A stretch of DNA of 64,000 nucleotides from an uncultured Gammaproteobacteria bacterium (GTDB lineage: Bacteria > Patescibacteriota > Patescibacteriia > UBA11705 > JABHMO01). The notes beneath the pieces were generated by a model, which saw only the letters and a program-made list of their open reading frames with translations, did not search any database and was not told the origin of the DNA. Both the position numbers and the translations under genes were made by a program. This document shows, piece after piece, positions 35,525 through 44,444 of this stretch. Positions within the stretch are counted from its first letter, which is position 1; every line of letters starts with the position of its first letter. Location of the stretch: NCBI GenBank assembly GCA_964590105.1, contig CAZPYM010000002.1, positions 90,697-154,696 on the forward strand. Reading direction: 5' to 3'.

Positions 35525-35556
35525 CCTTTTTGTTATTAATTTCAATGGGGGGTCTA

Positions 35557-35922
35557 ATGAAAAAGCGGTCATTGTTCTTTCGTCTGAAGTGGGGGAGAGT
35601 TCTGCTGATTTTGTTGGTTCCACTCTATGTGATGGGCGCGTCTGCGAATGCCAGAAGAACTGCTGCTGAACTTACTTCGGTTGCGGAGGCGTTCATGAGC
35701 GTTTCCGCCTATTGCAAGGCGGAAACAGAAGACAGCACTGAAAGGATCATGACCGTGCTCGACTGTGGCGGGGCCTATGATCCGCTAGTCCGCGAACGGG
35801 ACGAGATCGCGCACTCGCGCGGTTGCTGGAACGCGGCTAGCTGGAAGGTCTGGCAACAAGGACGTGACATGGTCAAAAGCACACCGATTGAGGTGTGGTG
35901 CCTCTCACCCTGGCCATTCTGA
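35557..35922 (+). CDS. Orphan secreted protein, 121 aa, 4 Cys (GC-richer cassette)
   Basis: MKKRSLFFRLKWGRVLLILLVPLYVMGASANA signal peptide. The mature part is Cys/Trp-containing. I recognised no family. Confidence 0.55.
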   Translation: MKKRSLFFRLKWGRVLLILLVPLYVMGASANARRTAAELTSVAEAFMSVSAYCKAETEDSTERIMTVLDCGGAYDPLVRERDEIAHSRGCWNAASWKVWQQGRDMVKSTPIEVWCLSPWPF

Positions 35923-36088
35923 AATCTCTCCTGGCCGGTTCAGGCCAAACCAATTCAAATGTTTTGTAAGACTCTCGCCCGTCTCACCGCGCGGGAGTTT
36001 TTGTTTTTTGGAAATTAGAAACTTGAAATTAGAAATTGGGGTAGCTGGCAATAATTTAACCTTCATCGTCTAACCCTAGTTTCCAGTT

Positions 36089-36598
36089 TCAAATTTCCAG
36101 TTTCTCCAGCAGTTTTAACTCTAGCTTCTTATCTTTGGTATCATAAATAGCAAAGCTTGCCCGGTAGAACATGCCGGCCAGGTTGCCGGGGTTAATAACA
36201 TTCGAATTATTAATTTTTTCTTGCCATGGCTTGTGGTTGTGTCCGTAAAAAACAAGATGGTATTTCCCTGAATTAGCCAAGCGTTTTGCTTTTACCTTTT
36301 CATGGCAGGCGGCTATTTTTATGTTATCGAAATCCAAATCGAGAAAGGGGACTGGGCCGTATTTTATCTTTTGAAAACGATTTGTCCTTTTTTGTTTTTG
36401 TTGTTTGCTTATATCAGCGTTGCCTTCAACAAAATATATTTTGCCTTGAAAATTGTTTATAAAAAAAGTTTTTGTTTCATCCTCGGTTACGTCGCCGCAG
36501 TGGATTATAGTATCAATTTTCCGTTCATGGCAATAAGACAGAAATTTGGAAATGTTTGTTAAATTGTCGTGGGAGTCAGAACAGATGGCGAAGAGCAT
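36089..36598 (-). CDS. YfcE/MJ0936-family metallophosphoesterase
   Basis: ICSDSHDN, HCGDV and YGHNHKPW are calcineurin-like phosphoesterase motifs. Start taken at MLFAICSD. Confidence 0.8.
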   Translation of the reverse strand: MLFAICSDSHDNLTNISKFLSYCHERKIDTIIHCGDVTEDETKTFFINNFQGKIYFVEGNADISKQQKQKRTNRFQKIKYGPVPFLDLDFDNIKIAACHEKVKAKRLANSGKYHLVFYGHNHKPWQEKINNSNVINPGNLAGMFYRASFAIYDTKDKKLELKLLEKLEI

Positions 36599-36812
36599 AT
36601 TTATGAAAGGTGAGAAGTAAAAAAGCAAGAAAATAAAAAATCAATGAAACAACAAAGCAAAAATAAAATACAAAATTAATTAATAAAACAAAAAATAATA
36701 AAATAATTGGATTAAACTTTTTGCCATTAACTCTAATTTCTAGTTTCCGGTTTCAAGCTCCATTTGTCTTTCTGCTTAGATTATTGCATCTTTCCTAATT
36801 TTGCGCAAATGC

Positions 36813-36840
36813 TTGACATTTTTTTTGTGGCTGTTATAAT
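36813..36840 (+). promoter_or_regulatory. Consensus sigma70 promoter of the receiver-domain cassette
   Basis: TTGACA (36813-36818), 16-nt spacer, TATAAT (36835-36840). Confidence 0.65.
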
Positions 36841-36874
36841 GAGGTGTTCTTTGAAAACAGCGGAAGGAGGTGGC

Positions 36875-37240
36875 ATGGAACCAGGAATGAAGATCCTTTT
36901 TGTTGATGATTTAAATATGGCGCTCAGAACGTATCAGCTGATGTGTGCCTCAATTGATGGTGTTCGAACTGACGTTGCCTCGAGTGGGCAAGAGGCACTC
37001 GAATTGCTGGAGCAGAATAACTATGACATTTTGTTCACGGACTACAATATGCCGGGAATGAATGGCGTAGCGCTGATTCGACACGCCCGCGCGCTTGGCC
37101 GCGAGATGAAGATTGTCATGATTTCAGCAACTCCGCCGGACGACCATGGGGCGGATGATGTGCTTGAGAAACCAGTGGGAAAAGGATTGAAGCAATTCAT
37201 TCTGGCCCACCTTCAACAGAGGAAGAAGGTGCAAAAATAA
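36875..37240 (+). CDS. Stand-alone response-regulator receiver (CheY-like) protein, 121 aa
   Basis: RBS GGAAGGAGG. KILFVDD acidic pocket, phospho-acceptor context ILFTDYNMPGMNG, MISA and EKP (conserved Lys). No output domain, and no histidine kinase in the window. Confidence 0.8.
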   Translation: MEPGMKILFVDDLNMALRTYQLMCASIDGVRTDVASSGQEALELLEQNNYDILFTDYNMPGMNGVALIRHARALGREMKIVMISATPPDDHGADDVLEKPVGKGLKQFILAHLQQRKKVQK

Positions 37241-37262
37241 GCATGGGGAAAGTATTGAAATC

Positions 37263-37288
37263 CCGTTCGAACATTCGGACGGTTTTTT
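37263..37288 (+). terminator. Rho-independent terminator
   Basis: ccgttcga-aca-ttcggacgg followed by T6. Confidence 0.65.
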
Positions 37289-37569
37289 ATTCCGACCACG
37301 CCGCCAGCGTTCAGGGTTGGTTCCAGCTTGTGTTGATCGCGCAAATCGTTAAATTATAAAATTTTGGTAATAAATAATCAATAAACTTGGCGCGGTTTAA
37401 TTGACGTTCAAGCCGGCACTCATTTGGAAAATTGCGCAAATCAATTTTCATTGTGCGCTCTTTGTCGCCGCTTGGCGAGCAAAACGTTATCCCTGTTCGT
37501 TAAAAAAATTGCCTAATAAAAAATTCCTAGATAAAAACAAGGAATTTTTTGTTGGAACTGGTCGACGTT

Positions 37570-38205
37570 TTATTTTTCCCGTTCTGGTAAATCCGCCACA
37601 ATCCGATCCCAGATTTCTTTGAGTTCGCCCAAAGTGTATTTTGTTCCGCAAAGAAATGAAATTGAAGTTGGTTCTGTCTTTAGTTTGATTTTTTTGTCTT
37701 TGAGCCAGGCGAGTAATTGAGAGGAAGGCTGATAACCGGCCAATTGTGTGGAATCGAAACTGATTTTTTGTAGATTTTCGCCGTAAAAACCGGATTCAAA
37801 TGTGCTGTAACCTTTATCTGATAAATCGATCACCGCCTGCTTTACTTGAGGTTCAATGTGTTCGAGGTAAACACCTCCGCCTTCTCCTTGCGCCATGGAA
37901 CTGTCAATTTGTTTTTCTATTTCAGTAAATTTTGGATTTGTTTTTTTTCTTTCTTCTGCTGCTGTTTCGCTCGCTTGCTTTGTCTGATGGCGGAGGCGTT
38001 CATAATGGCAGATCAGATCAAAATTTTCCGGTGATATGTTGTGAAAGAGTCTTAATTTTTCTCTTTCTTCGTCCGTGCCTTCAATAATTATTCTGCTAAT
38101 GACTTCCTGGTTGCGCAGATCATTGTATTCTTCGTCAGTTTGAAATCTTTGTTTATGCAGTTCGGTAATGGTTTGTTGCGGTGGTTGCGGCGGTTTTTCA
38201 AACAT
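37570..38205 (-). CDS. Hypothetical protein, 211 aa
   Basis: Intact ORF 10 nt downstream of tig and likely co-transcribed with it. I recognised no family. Confidence 0.5.
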   Translation of the reverse strand: MFEKPPQPPQQTITELHKQRFQTDEEYNDLRNQEVISRIIIEGTDEEREKLRLFHNISPENFDLICHYERLRHQTKQASETAAEERKKTNPKFTEIEKQIDSSMAQGEGGGVYLEHIEPQVKQAVIDLSDKGYSTFESGFYGENLQKISFDSTQLAGYQPSSQLLAWLKDKKIKLKTEPTSISFLCGTKYTLGELKEIWDRIVADLPEREK

Positions 38206-38214
38206 ATTACTGTT

Positions 38215-39522
38215 TTAATTTTTTATACTTTTTTCTTTCAATAGCTCCATTGTTTTCCGGTTGGCAATTACATTGCCGAAGTATTGCTTGGCGTGTTCAG
38301 ATCGTAGATTTTCTTCCAACTTGTTCAGTTGGTCGGCATAGGCGGGGTTCATTTTATAAGTAGCAAGCGTTCGTTCTGTTTCATCATCAATTTCTTTTTC
38401 GGTCGCTTGAATATTTTCTTGCTTGGCGATCTGGCGAATGATCAGGCCGGTTTTAACTCTTTTGATTGCGTCGACTGCAAAGTCCAGCCGCAGATCAGCT
38501 TCGGTTTTTTTGAGGTGAGATAGATAATCATCAAACTTCATTCCCTGGCGCGCGATATTGTCTTCCAATTCGTGAACCATTTTATGTGTTTCCTGGTCGA
38601 TGAGCACTTCTGGGATTTCTTCAAACTCTGATTTTTCGATCAGTTGTTCAATGATTTCTAGCTCAAGCCGTTGTTTTTCTTTTTGTTGTTGCTCTTGCTC
38701 AATGTTTGAACTGATGTTTTTTCTTAGTCCTTCCAGACTCGGTAAACCAAAGCCTTTGGCAAAGTCATCATTGATTTCAGGAAGCTCAACTTTGTACACT
38801 GCTTGTAATTTAATTTTAAACTCGGCTTTTTTTCCAGCTAATTTTTTTTCGTGATATTCTTTTGGAAAAGACAATTCAAACTCTTTTTCCTGGCCGCTTT
38901 TCAGGCCGATAATATTTTCTTCAAAACCGGGAATCATTTGTCCGTCGCCGATTGTTAGTTTGTGTTTTTTTGCTTGTCCGCCGTCAATAGGTACATTATC
39001 CATGAAAGTATCAAAGTCCAATTCTACCCGATTGCCCTTTTCCGCTGTTTTGTCTTCTAATACTTCTTTTGCCCGCATTTTTTGTATGTCATTCAAAACT
39101 TTTTCGATTTGTTTTTCTTCAATTTTTGTTTCAGCAATTGGCTTTACTTTGATTTTTTCAAAATCGCAGATCTTAATTTTTGGCACCAGCGCCACCGTTG
39201 CTTTATAAATAAATGGATTGCCCGGGGCCAGCTTTTGTACTTCGATTTTGGGTTGGTCGACGATTTCAATCTTCTGTTCGTCAATTGCCTGATAAACAGT
39301 TGCCTCAATCGCAATGCCGGCGGCTGTTTGGTAAACAACCATTTCCCCAGCGTTTTTTATAACAATTTCAAGCGGCGCTTTACCTGGCCGAAACCCTGGA
39401 ATTTTTTTGTCTTTGGAAATTTCTTCAGCAGCTTTTACCAGATACGGAGTTAATTCTGCTATTGATAGTTCAATTACTATTTCTGCTTGGCTCTTTGGCA
39501 AATCTTTTTTTGCAACTTGCAT
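38215..39522 (-). CDS. tig: Trigger factor
   Basis: 435 aa with an N-terminal ribosome-binding domain (GFRPGKAP), a central FKBP-like PPIase (IPGFEENIIGLKSGQEKEF) and a C-terminal arm domain. Confidence 0.93.
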   Translation of the reverse strand: MQVAKKDLPKSQAEIVIELSIAELTPYLVKAAEEISKDKKIPGFRPGKAPLEIVIKNAGEMVVYQTAAGIAIEATVYQAIDEQKIEIVDQPKIEVQKLAPGNPFIYKATVALVPKIKICDFEKIKVKPIAETKIEEKQIEKVLNDIQKMRAKEVLEDKTAEKGNRVELDFDTFMDNVPIDGGQAKKHKLTIGDGQMIPGFEENIIGLKSGQEKEFELSFPKEYHEKKLAGKKAEFKIKLQAVYKVELPEINDDFAKGFGLPSLEGLRKNISSNIEQEQQQKEKQRLELEIIEQLIEKSEFEEIPEVLIDQETHKMVHELEDNIARQGMKFDDYLSHLKKTEADLRLDFAVDAIKRVKTGLIIRQIAKQENIQATEKEIDDETERTLATYKMNPAYADQLNKLEENLRSEHAKQYFGNVIANRKTMELLKEKSIKN

Positions 39523-39629
39523 AATATTATTGATAATTGATAAGATTAGTTAATGATAACATGCTTTTTTGGGTAAATCAAGAAGAAATTGTTTTTATTT
39601 TATCAAATCTGAGAGGTCGTTAATGGTGC

Positions 39630-39658
39630 TTGACAGATTGTTTTCATTATTATAATAT
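39630..39658 (+). promoter_or_regulatory. Sigma70-type promoter of the HTH/GHKL operon
   Basis: TTGACAGATTG at 39630 is followed by overlapping TATAAT/TAATAT boxes at 39651-39658. Confidence 0.55.
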
Positions 39659-39714
39659 AATCGGTAAAGTGAATTGCTGGGACATTGACAATTATAGGGC
39701 AAAAGGAGGCAATA

Positions 39715-40719
39715 ATGAACCGAAAATCATTCAAGCCTGGCTATACGCTGGAGAGATTGCAAGAGCTTGAAGTGGCAGTCAGGGCGTGGTACGTCGGACT
39801 TCCAAAGCCGAAAATTCCCAATGCTGTGAGAATTACCGGCATGAGTTCCCGGACTGTTTTTTTGTATTTCCGGGCGGCGGAAAGGGGCAGTGGTCCCCAG
39901 CCATTGGTAATGGAGAGGCTGTTTGAAGCGACCGGAAATCCGGTTTTTCTTTTGAATGAACACGAAAAAGAGGCTTTCCGCGAACGCGGATTTGCCATGC
40001 CGGATGAGGTATTGCTTGGACAGAATGATTTTGCAGAGCCTCCGGCTGTCAAGACCAAAGGTAGGCGGCAAATTTCCATGCCTTTTGCAGAAGACAGGGG
40101 CGCGGCGATGGTCAGAGTGATTGCCGAGTGGTTTGACAGTCTGCCGTCGCCGAAAAGAGACCACGCGCAGAATCTCCTCGGAGTTGACGTCGCCACGGTT
40201 TACCGTTGGATCAAGGGGAAGACATTTCCCAATCTTGATTCTGTGTGCTCTTTGTGGAATACACTAGGAAATCCAGTTTTCCTTTTGCGTGAAAATGAGT
40301 TAAGTATTGCAAAAGCGCTTGGTTATGTGCCGGCGGAGGATTACCCGACACTGGAATCTTTCAGCGGGAAGTCTGTCTCTGACCAGCCGGCGTCCGCGTC
40401 GCTGAAAATTGCTGTCAGGACTGAAGCAGACTCGGTCAACGTGGAAGTAGCTTTTGGCAAAAAGGCGAGCAAGCTCCTGGTTGGCGTGCTGACCAGCGTG
40501 AGCGTGATCAGCGATTTGCTGCAAGAATCTGGTCTTTCCGGCGCGCCGGAGTCGATCAGATACAAGGCGGCAGAAGCAGTGATTAAAATAGTTACAGCTT
40601 TCAATTTGAAAACAGATGATTTTAGAAAAAGAACGCCCGAGGGGGGGGATGATGCGGAAACTCGCAAAAGGATGGAAATTGTTTATGGATTATTTCGACA
40701 ACCAGGAAAGGAGGAATGA
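39715..40719 (+). CDS. Tandem helix-turn-helix protein, 334 aa (internal duplication of an HTH-like module)
   Basis: RBS AAGGAGG, 6 nt from ATG 39715. Two paralogous modules: LPKPKIPNAVRITGMSSRTVFLYFRAA...EATGNPVFLLNEHEKEAFRERGF and LPSPKRDHAQNLLGVDVATVYRWIKGK...NTLGNPVFLLRENELSIAKALGY. A helical C-terminal part follows. Confidence 0.65.
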   Translation: MNRKSFKPGYTLERLQELEVAVRAWYVGLPKPKIPNAVRITGMSSRTVFLYFRAAERGSGPQPLVMERLFEATGNPVFLLNEHEKEAFRERGFAMPDEVLLGQNDFAEPPAVKTKGRRQISMPFAEDRGAAMVRVIAEWFDSLPSPKRDHAQNLLGVDVATVYRWIKGKTFPNLDSVCSLWNTLGNPVFLLRENELSIAKALGYVPAEDYPTLESFSGKSVSDQPASASLKIAVRTEADSVNVEVAFGKKASKLLVGVLTSVSVISDLLQESGLSGAPESIRYKAAEAVIKIVTAFNLKTDDFRKRTPEGGDDAETRKRMEIVYGLFRQPGKEE

Positions 40720-42249
40720 ATGACACCAACGAAAAGTCCGATTCAGACATTGCCAATCAAGCATTCACAGTTCCTTTATACTCATTCGCTTGGGATTGAT
40801 ATGTACAAGCCTCTTGACGCACTGTGGGAAGGAATCAAAAACGGCTGGGATGCTGGTATTCGAAAGTTGCGTCGCCCTGGCCAGGGAAAGTTCGACATTT
40901 TTGTGGATTTGATGTTTTACAAGAATCATCCTCTGTCTCCGAGTGGTCCGGCTCTGGTTATTCTGGACAATGGCGAGGGGATGACTTCTCTTTCCTTGAC
41001 CAGATTTACTACCGTCGGTCCAGAAGATGACAAGTTTACCACTTATGGCGTCATGGATCGCAAGCGGATCGGCCGTATTTCCATGTATGCCATGCTCAAG
41101 GAGCCTCTGAAGGGCTTTTGGGCTCTGAGTTCCACTTCGTCGACCGGCCAGGTCCGAGTGGTGCAGATGGATCCTGCCAAGATGGCAAGGGGGGCGATTG
41201 ACACGTATTTTGTTGATCGCGATGATACGATCCTTCATGGGCTTCGACCCGAGGGCACTTTCACTGCCATTGTTTTGCCAAATATCGTGCCGGACATTCA
41301 GAATGAGCAAGCGCTGGTTGAGCATCTTCGCTGGCAGATTCCGCGGCGAGTTGCTAACAATGGTTTCACTCTTCGCTTGAATGGCAATGAAGTGAAGCCG
41401 GCACCTTTGACCGGTAAGAAAGTTGAAGCTGGCGGACTGATCGGCTGGTTCAAAAAGGATGACCGCAAAAAGCCGCAGGGCATCAGGCTCTGCGATGCTG
41501 AAACCAACACTGTGTGCGCCGAAGCAGTTGACATGTCTCGTCATCTGCCATATCCCATGGGCAGGCCGGAATTGACCGGCGACATTTTTATCCCGGGACT
41601 GGCTGCCAATCAAAGGACAGACAGGTCCGGCCTTTCGTCGGTATTCCTCAAGTCCGATGAGTGGATGAGCATCAAGGAGATCTTGTTTACGCATTTTCGT
41701 CCGGTTCTGGTTGAAATCCTGGGTGAGGACGAAACTGGCGGCGGAGTGAATCGCACCATTCGTAGTATTGTTCTGGATTTTAATCAGGTTTGGGGTGAGC
41801 CGCCGGCGGATGTTGTCCCGCCTCCCGGCATCACGCCGAGCGATTTGGATGAAAATCTTTTCATTGACGGGGATCCGGAACCTCCGAATGAGGGACTGGA
41901 TGAGCCGCGTCAGGGGCGGAAGCCTCATCGTCGGCGTAAGCCACAGAAAAAGCCAACATCCTTTGTTTATCGCGGGCAGGTTTATTTCCTGTCTGATTGC
42001 GCCATGGAGCCCGGTAAAACCGCCGAGGTTATGGGCGACAATGTGGTGTATCTGAATAATCATAATCCGCTTTTTGATCGGTTCCGTTCCGCGTCAATGG
42101 CTCTGCGCCTGCATGTGGTGGAGTCGGTCATCGGCGCGATTGAGCGAGCTGACCTAGAAAAGCACAATTACGACATCAATGACTGCTTCAGCGCAGTTCA
42201 CGAAGCCGTTGTTTACCACTTCGGCAAACTGGATGAGCTGAAAAAGTAG
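40720..42249 (+). CDS. GHKL-superfamily (MORC/Hsp90/MutL-type Bergerat fold) ATPase with an unknown C-terminal domain, 509 aa
   Basis: Motif I ExxxNxxDA = EGIKNGWDA. Motif II DxGxG = LDNGEGM. Motif IV GT = PEGTFTAIVL. The G2 box is degenerate (RIGRISMY). A basic Pro-rich linker PRQGRKPHRRRKPQKKP is present. The ATG abuts the upstream TGA (40717-40719). Confidence 0.65.
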   Translation: MTPTKSPIQTLPIKHSQFLYTHSLGIDMYKPLDALWEGIKNGWDAGIRKLRRPGQGKFDIFVDLMFYKNHPLSPSGPALVILDNGEGMTSLSLTRFTTVGPEDDKFTTYGVMDRKRIGRISMYAMLKEPLKGFWALSSTSSTGQVRVVQMDPAKMARGAIDTYFVDRDDTILHGLRPEGTFTAIVLPNIVPDIQNEQALVEHLRWQIPRRVANNGFTLRLNGNEVKPAPLTGKKVEAGGLIGWFKKDDRKKPQGIRLCDAETNTVCAEAVDMSRHLPYPMGRPELTGDIFIPGLAANQRTDRSGLSSVFLKSDEWMSIKEILFTHFRPVLVEILGEDETGGGVNRTIRSIVLDFNQVWGEPPADVVPPPGITPSDLDENLFIDGDPEPPNEGLDEPRQGRKPHRRRKPQKKPTSFVYRGQVYFLSDCAMEPGKTAEVMGDNVVYLNNHNPLFDRFRSASMALRLHVVESVIGAIERADLEKHNYDINDCFSAVHEAVVYHFGKLDELKK

Positions 42250-42262
42250 TATTAGAAATTAG

Positions 42263-42292
42263 GCGGCCCCGCCAAGTCGGGGCTGCTTTTTT
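42263..42292 (+). terminator. Rho-independent terminator of the HTH/GHKL operon
   Basis: gcggccccg-CCAAGT-cggggctgc (9-bp stem) followed by T6. Confidence 0.8.
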
Positions 42293-42338
42293 ATTTATTG
42301 AAATAAGATTGATTATTATGTAGGAAAAAGTTAATTTT

Positions 42339-42361
42339 AAAAACGCTCCACTTGGGGAGCG
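42339..42361 (-). terminator. Rho-independent terminator of the 674-aa gene
   Basis: On the minus strand: cgctcc-CCAAGT-ggagcg followed by T5, 12 nt after the stop. Confidence 0.65.
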
Positions 42362-42372
42362 TTTTGTTCTGA

Positions 42373-44397
42373 TTATTTTTGGGCGAATAATCGCCTGATT
42401 GTTTCTTGTTGTTCCGGCGTAAAAACCTGGTCAAGCCAGCTGATCTCTGCGTCGGGCGACACGCCGTATAAAACCTTGCCGCCAAGCGAGCCGCAAAAGC
42501 GCAAAAAAGTTTGGCTTTTATTGAGTTCTAGGCAGGCTTTAAAAATTTGTTTATAAGCGTTTTTATAATCAATCATTGGGTCAAAGCAATTTGCGTTTCG
42601 CATAACGCTGGCAATTTTGAAAAGTGTTCTCACCTTTCCGCCAAGGCAAAACACGGCAATGATTTGTTTTTGAAGTTGAGTTAATTCATTCGTGCGTTGG
42701 CATTCGACTTCAGTCGTTACGTCATTGCGGAGCCTTATAATCCTTGTCTTCGTGTCGTTTTTAGCCAAAACTGGCAAGGGAGCTGAATCTACCGGACTTG
42801 TTTTTGCGCTGTTTTCAGCAGGAGTTACCGCCGGTGAAACTGCCGGTGTGGGTTCTGTTTCCGGTTTTGGCGGTTTCGTTGTCGCGCAAAGAGATCTTAA
42901 CCGTTCGTGAAGTTCAGTCGGAATGATTGCTCCTGTGTCCCCGGTCGCAGCGGTACTTTGCATGTAGAGCGCATACTTTTTGCTCATGCGGCCGCAGAAA
43001 GTCAATGGCGGCTGGTCACGGCGGGAAATTTCCCTGGCCGTAGAAATGATGTTGCCGCGTCGTTTTGAATCGCTGCCAAGTAGTCCAAGTTTAAACAGTG
43101 CGTCGGCCACTTTCCAAGATGATTTTCTTGTGCCAATGATTTGATAGGCTGCAATGATCAGTGTTTCGTCTTCTAGTGAACATGGCGTGCCATCGGGAAC
43201 TTCATTTGTGTCTTCTGCGTCTTCGGGCGGAAGTATCGGAGCCTCAGAAGCTTGCCAGCTAAGAAGTTCCTCTTCGTCAAATTCAGGCGGCGCAGAAAGA
43301 ATATCTGTTCCCGCCGAAACTTCTTCAAAATGTTCAACCGGCGGGGCCATTTGACAGACCTTCAAAGCGTTTTGCAAGCGCAAAAGATCTTTGAGCTGAT
43401 CTTCAATAGGCGACCGCAACCGGAGGAGTTTCTGGATATAAGCGTCGATTTCTTCAATTTTTTCATACGCGCGTTCGATCGCGGCAGTGATTAGTTGGCA
43501 ATCTTCTTTGGAAGAAAATTCAAGGCGCGGCTTTAACTCCTGATCAATTATTTCATTTTGGATATAACTTCGATCGTCTTCCACAACGGTTTGCGCGCGG
43601 CGCAAACCGTCAAGGCGTCTTTGCAGGGGCGCGATGAACTGTTGCAAGGACTTAATCTTGATGCTGACATCGCAGCCATGTGTTCTCGTCGGTGTAGTAG
43701 AGATTTCTCCAGCCAGGGTTTCAAGCGCTTCATCCTCAATTTGACGTCTGATTTCCGACAGTAATTCGTCGAGTATCATGGCCAGAGCAAATGATGCGCT
43801 AGTAGCTTCTTTGCGGTCACCCTGGAAAGAGTGTTGTGCCAATAGTCCAAGTTCTTCAATGATTGAAGTAAGTCTTGGGTACTGATGAGATAGCCCGTTT
43901 AGGCTTTCCCGCGCTTCTTCTGAAACCATTGTTCTGATCGATTCCGGAGTCAGCGGTTCTTCTGCCGGCGAATCAACCTTTTCATCGACAGGGTCGATGG
44001 GGGGGGCAAAGTAGTCTAGTCGCTCCTGCGGATCGACGGGCATTTCAGGCACAACCCTTTTTCGGGAAGCTTCAATGATTCTTTCGAACTGTCCTTGGTC
44101 AAAGAAAAACCGGCGGTTAGTGTCATTGGTAATGATTACTCCGCCATACTGGATGAAGTAGTTTATCAGATGCCAGAGAGCTTTCCTATTGGAACAAGAA
44201 AAGCTCTGCAAGTACTTTTGAACCTTGTTCATTGGTTCCAGAATAGAATCCGGAGTTCTGGTCATCAAGCGGGTTTGCGAATCGCAGTTGTCGGCAAATC
44301 GTTTGCTGGTTTGGATCAGCAGTTCATGGTCAGGCGGACGGCGGGGATCTATATCACTCTTCCGCTTTTGCGCCTCCAGTTTTGTTATTTCTGTCAT
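42373..44397 (-). CDS. Large orphan protein, 674 aa: repeated winged-helix-like modules, a central coiled coil and acidic/Pro-rich linkers
   Basis: RBS AAGGAG. Paralogous modules: LIIAAYQIIGTRKSSWKVADALFKLGLL...PPLTFCGRMSKKYALY and QIIAVFCLGGKVRTLFKIASVMRNANCF...TFLRFCGSLGGKVLY. A weaker N-terminal copy is KALWHLINYFIQYGGVII. Heptad-rich region around aa 200-360. I saw no enzymatic motif. Confidence 0.6.
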   Translation of the reverse strand: MTEITKLEAQKRKSDIDPRRPPDHELLIQTSKRFADNCDSQTRLMTRTPDSILEPMNKVQKYLQSFSCSNRKALWHLINYFIQYGGVIITNDTNRRFFFDQGQFERIIEASRKRVVPEMPVDPQERLDYFAPPIDPVDEKVDSPAEEPLTPESIRTMVSEEARESLNGLSHQYPRLTSIIEELGLLAQHSFQGDRKEATSASFALAMILDELLSEIRRQIEDEALETLAGEISTTPTRTHGCDVSIKIKSLQQFIAPLQRRLDGLRRAQTVVEDDRSYIQNEIIDQELKPRLEFSSKEDCQLITAAIERAYEKIEEIDAYIQKLLRLRSPIEDQLKDLLRLQNALKVCQMAPPVEHFEEVSAGTDILSAPPEFDEEELLSWQASEAPILPPEDAEDTNEVPDGTPCSLEDETLIIAAYQIIGTRKSSWKVADALFKLGLLGSDSKRRGNIISTAREISRRDQPPLTFCGRMSKKYALYMQSTAATGDTGAIIPTELHERLRSLCATTKPPKPETEPTPAVSPAVTPAENSAKTSPVDSAPLPVLAKNDTKTRIIRLRNDVTTEVECQRTNELTQLQKQIIAVFCLGGKVRTLFKIASVMRNANCFDPMIDYKNAYKQIFKACLELNKSQTFLRFCGSLGGKVLYGVSPDAEISWLDQVFTPEQQETIRRLFAQK

Positions 44398-44444
44398 GGG
44401 TCTTTCTCCTTTTTTTTGGTTGTCAATTTACATTCGGACTTTTA

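Noticed and set aside
40765-42063. 432-aa minus-strand ORF (and several smaller ones at 39727-40667) antisense to the HTH and GHKL genes
   Set aside because: GC-rich DNA yields long shadow ORFs. The plus-strand genes have RBSs, translational coupling and GHKL motifs. The antisense translations are Arg/Leu/Ile-rich with no motifs.
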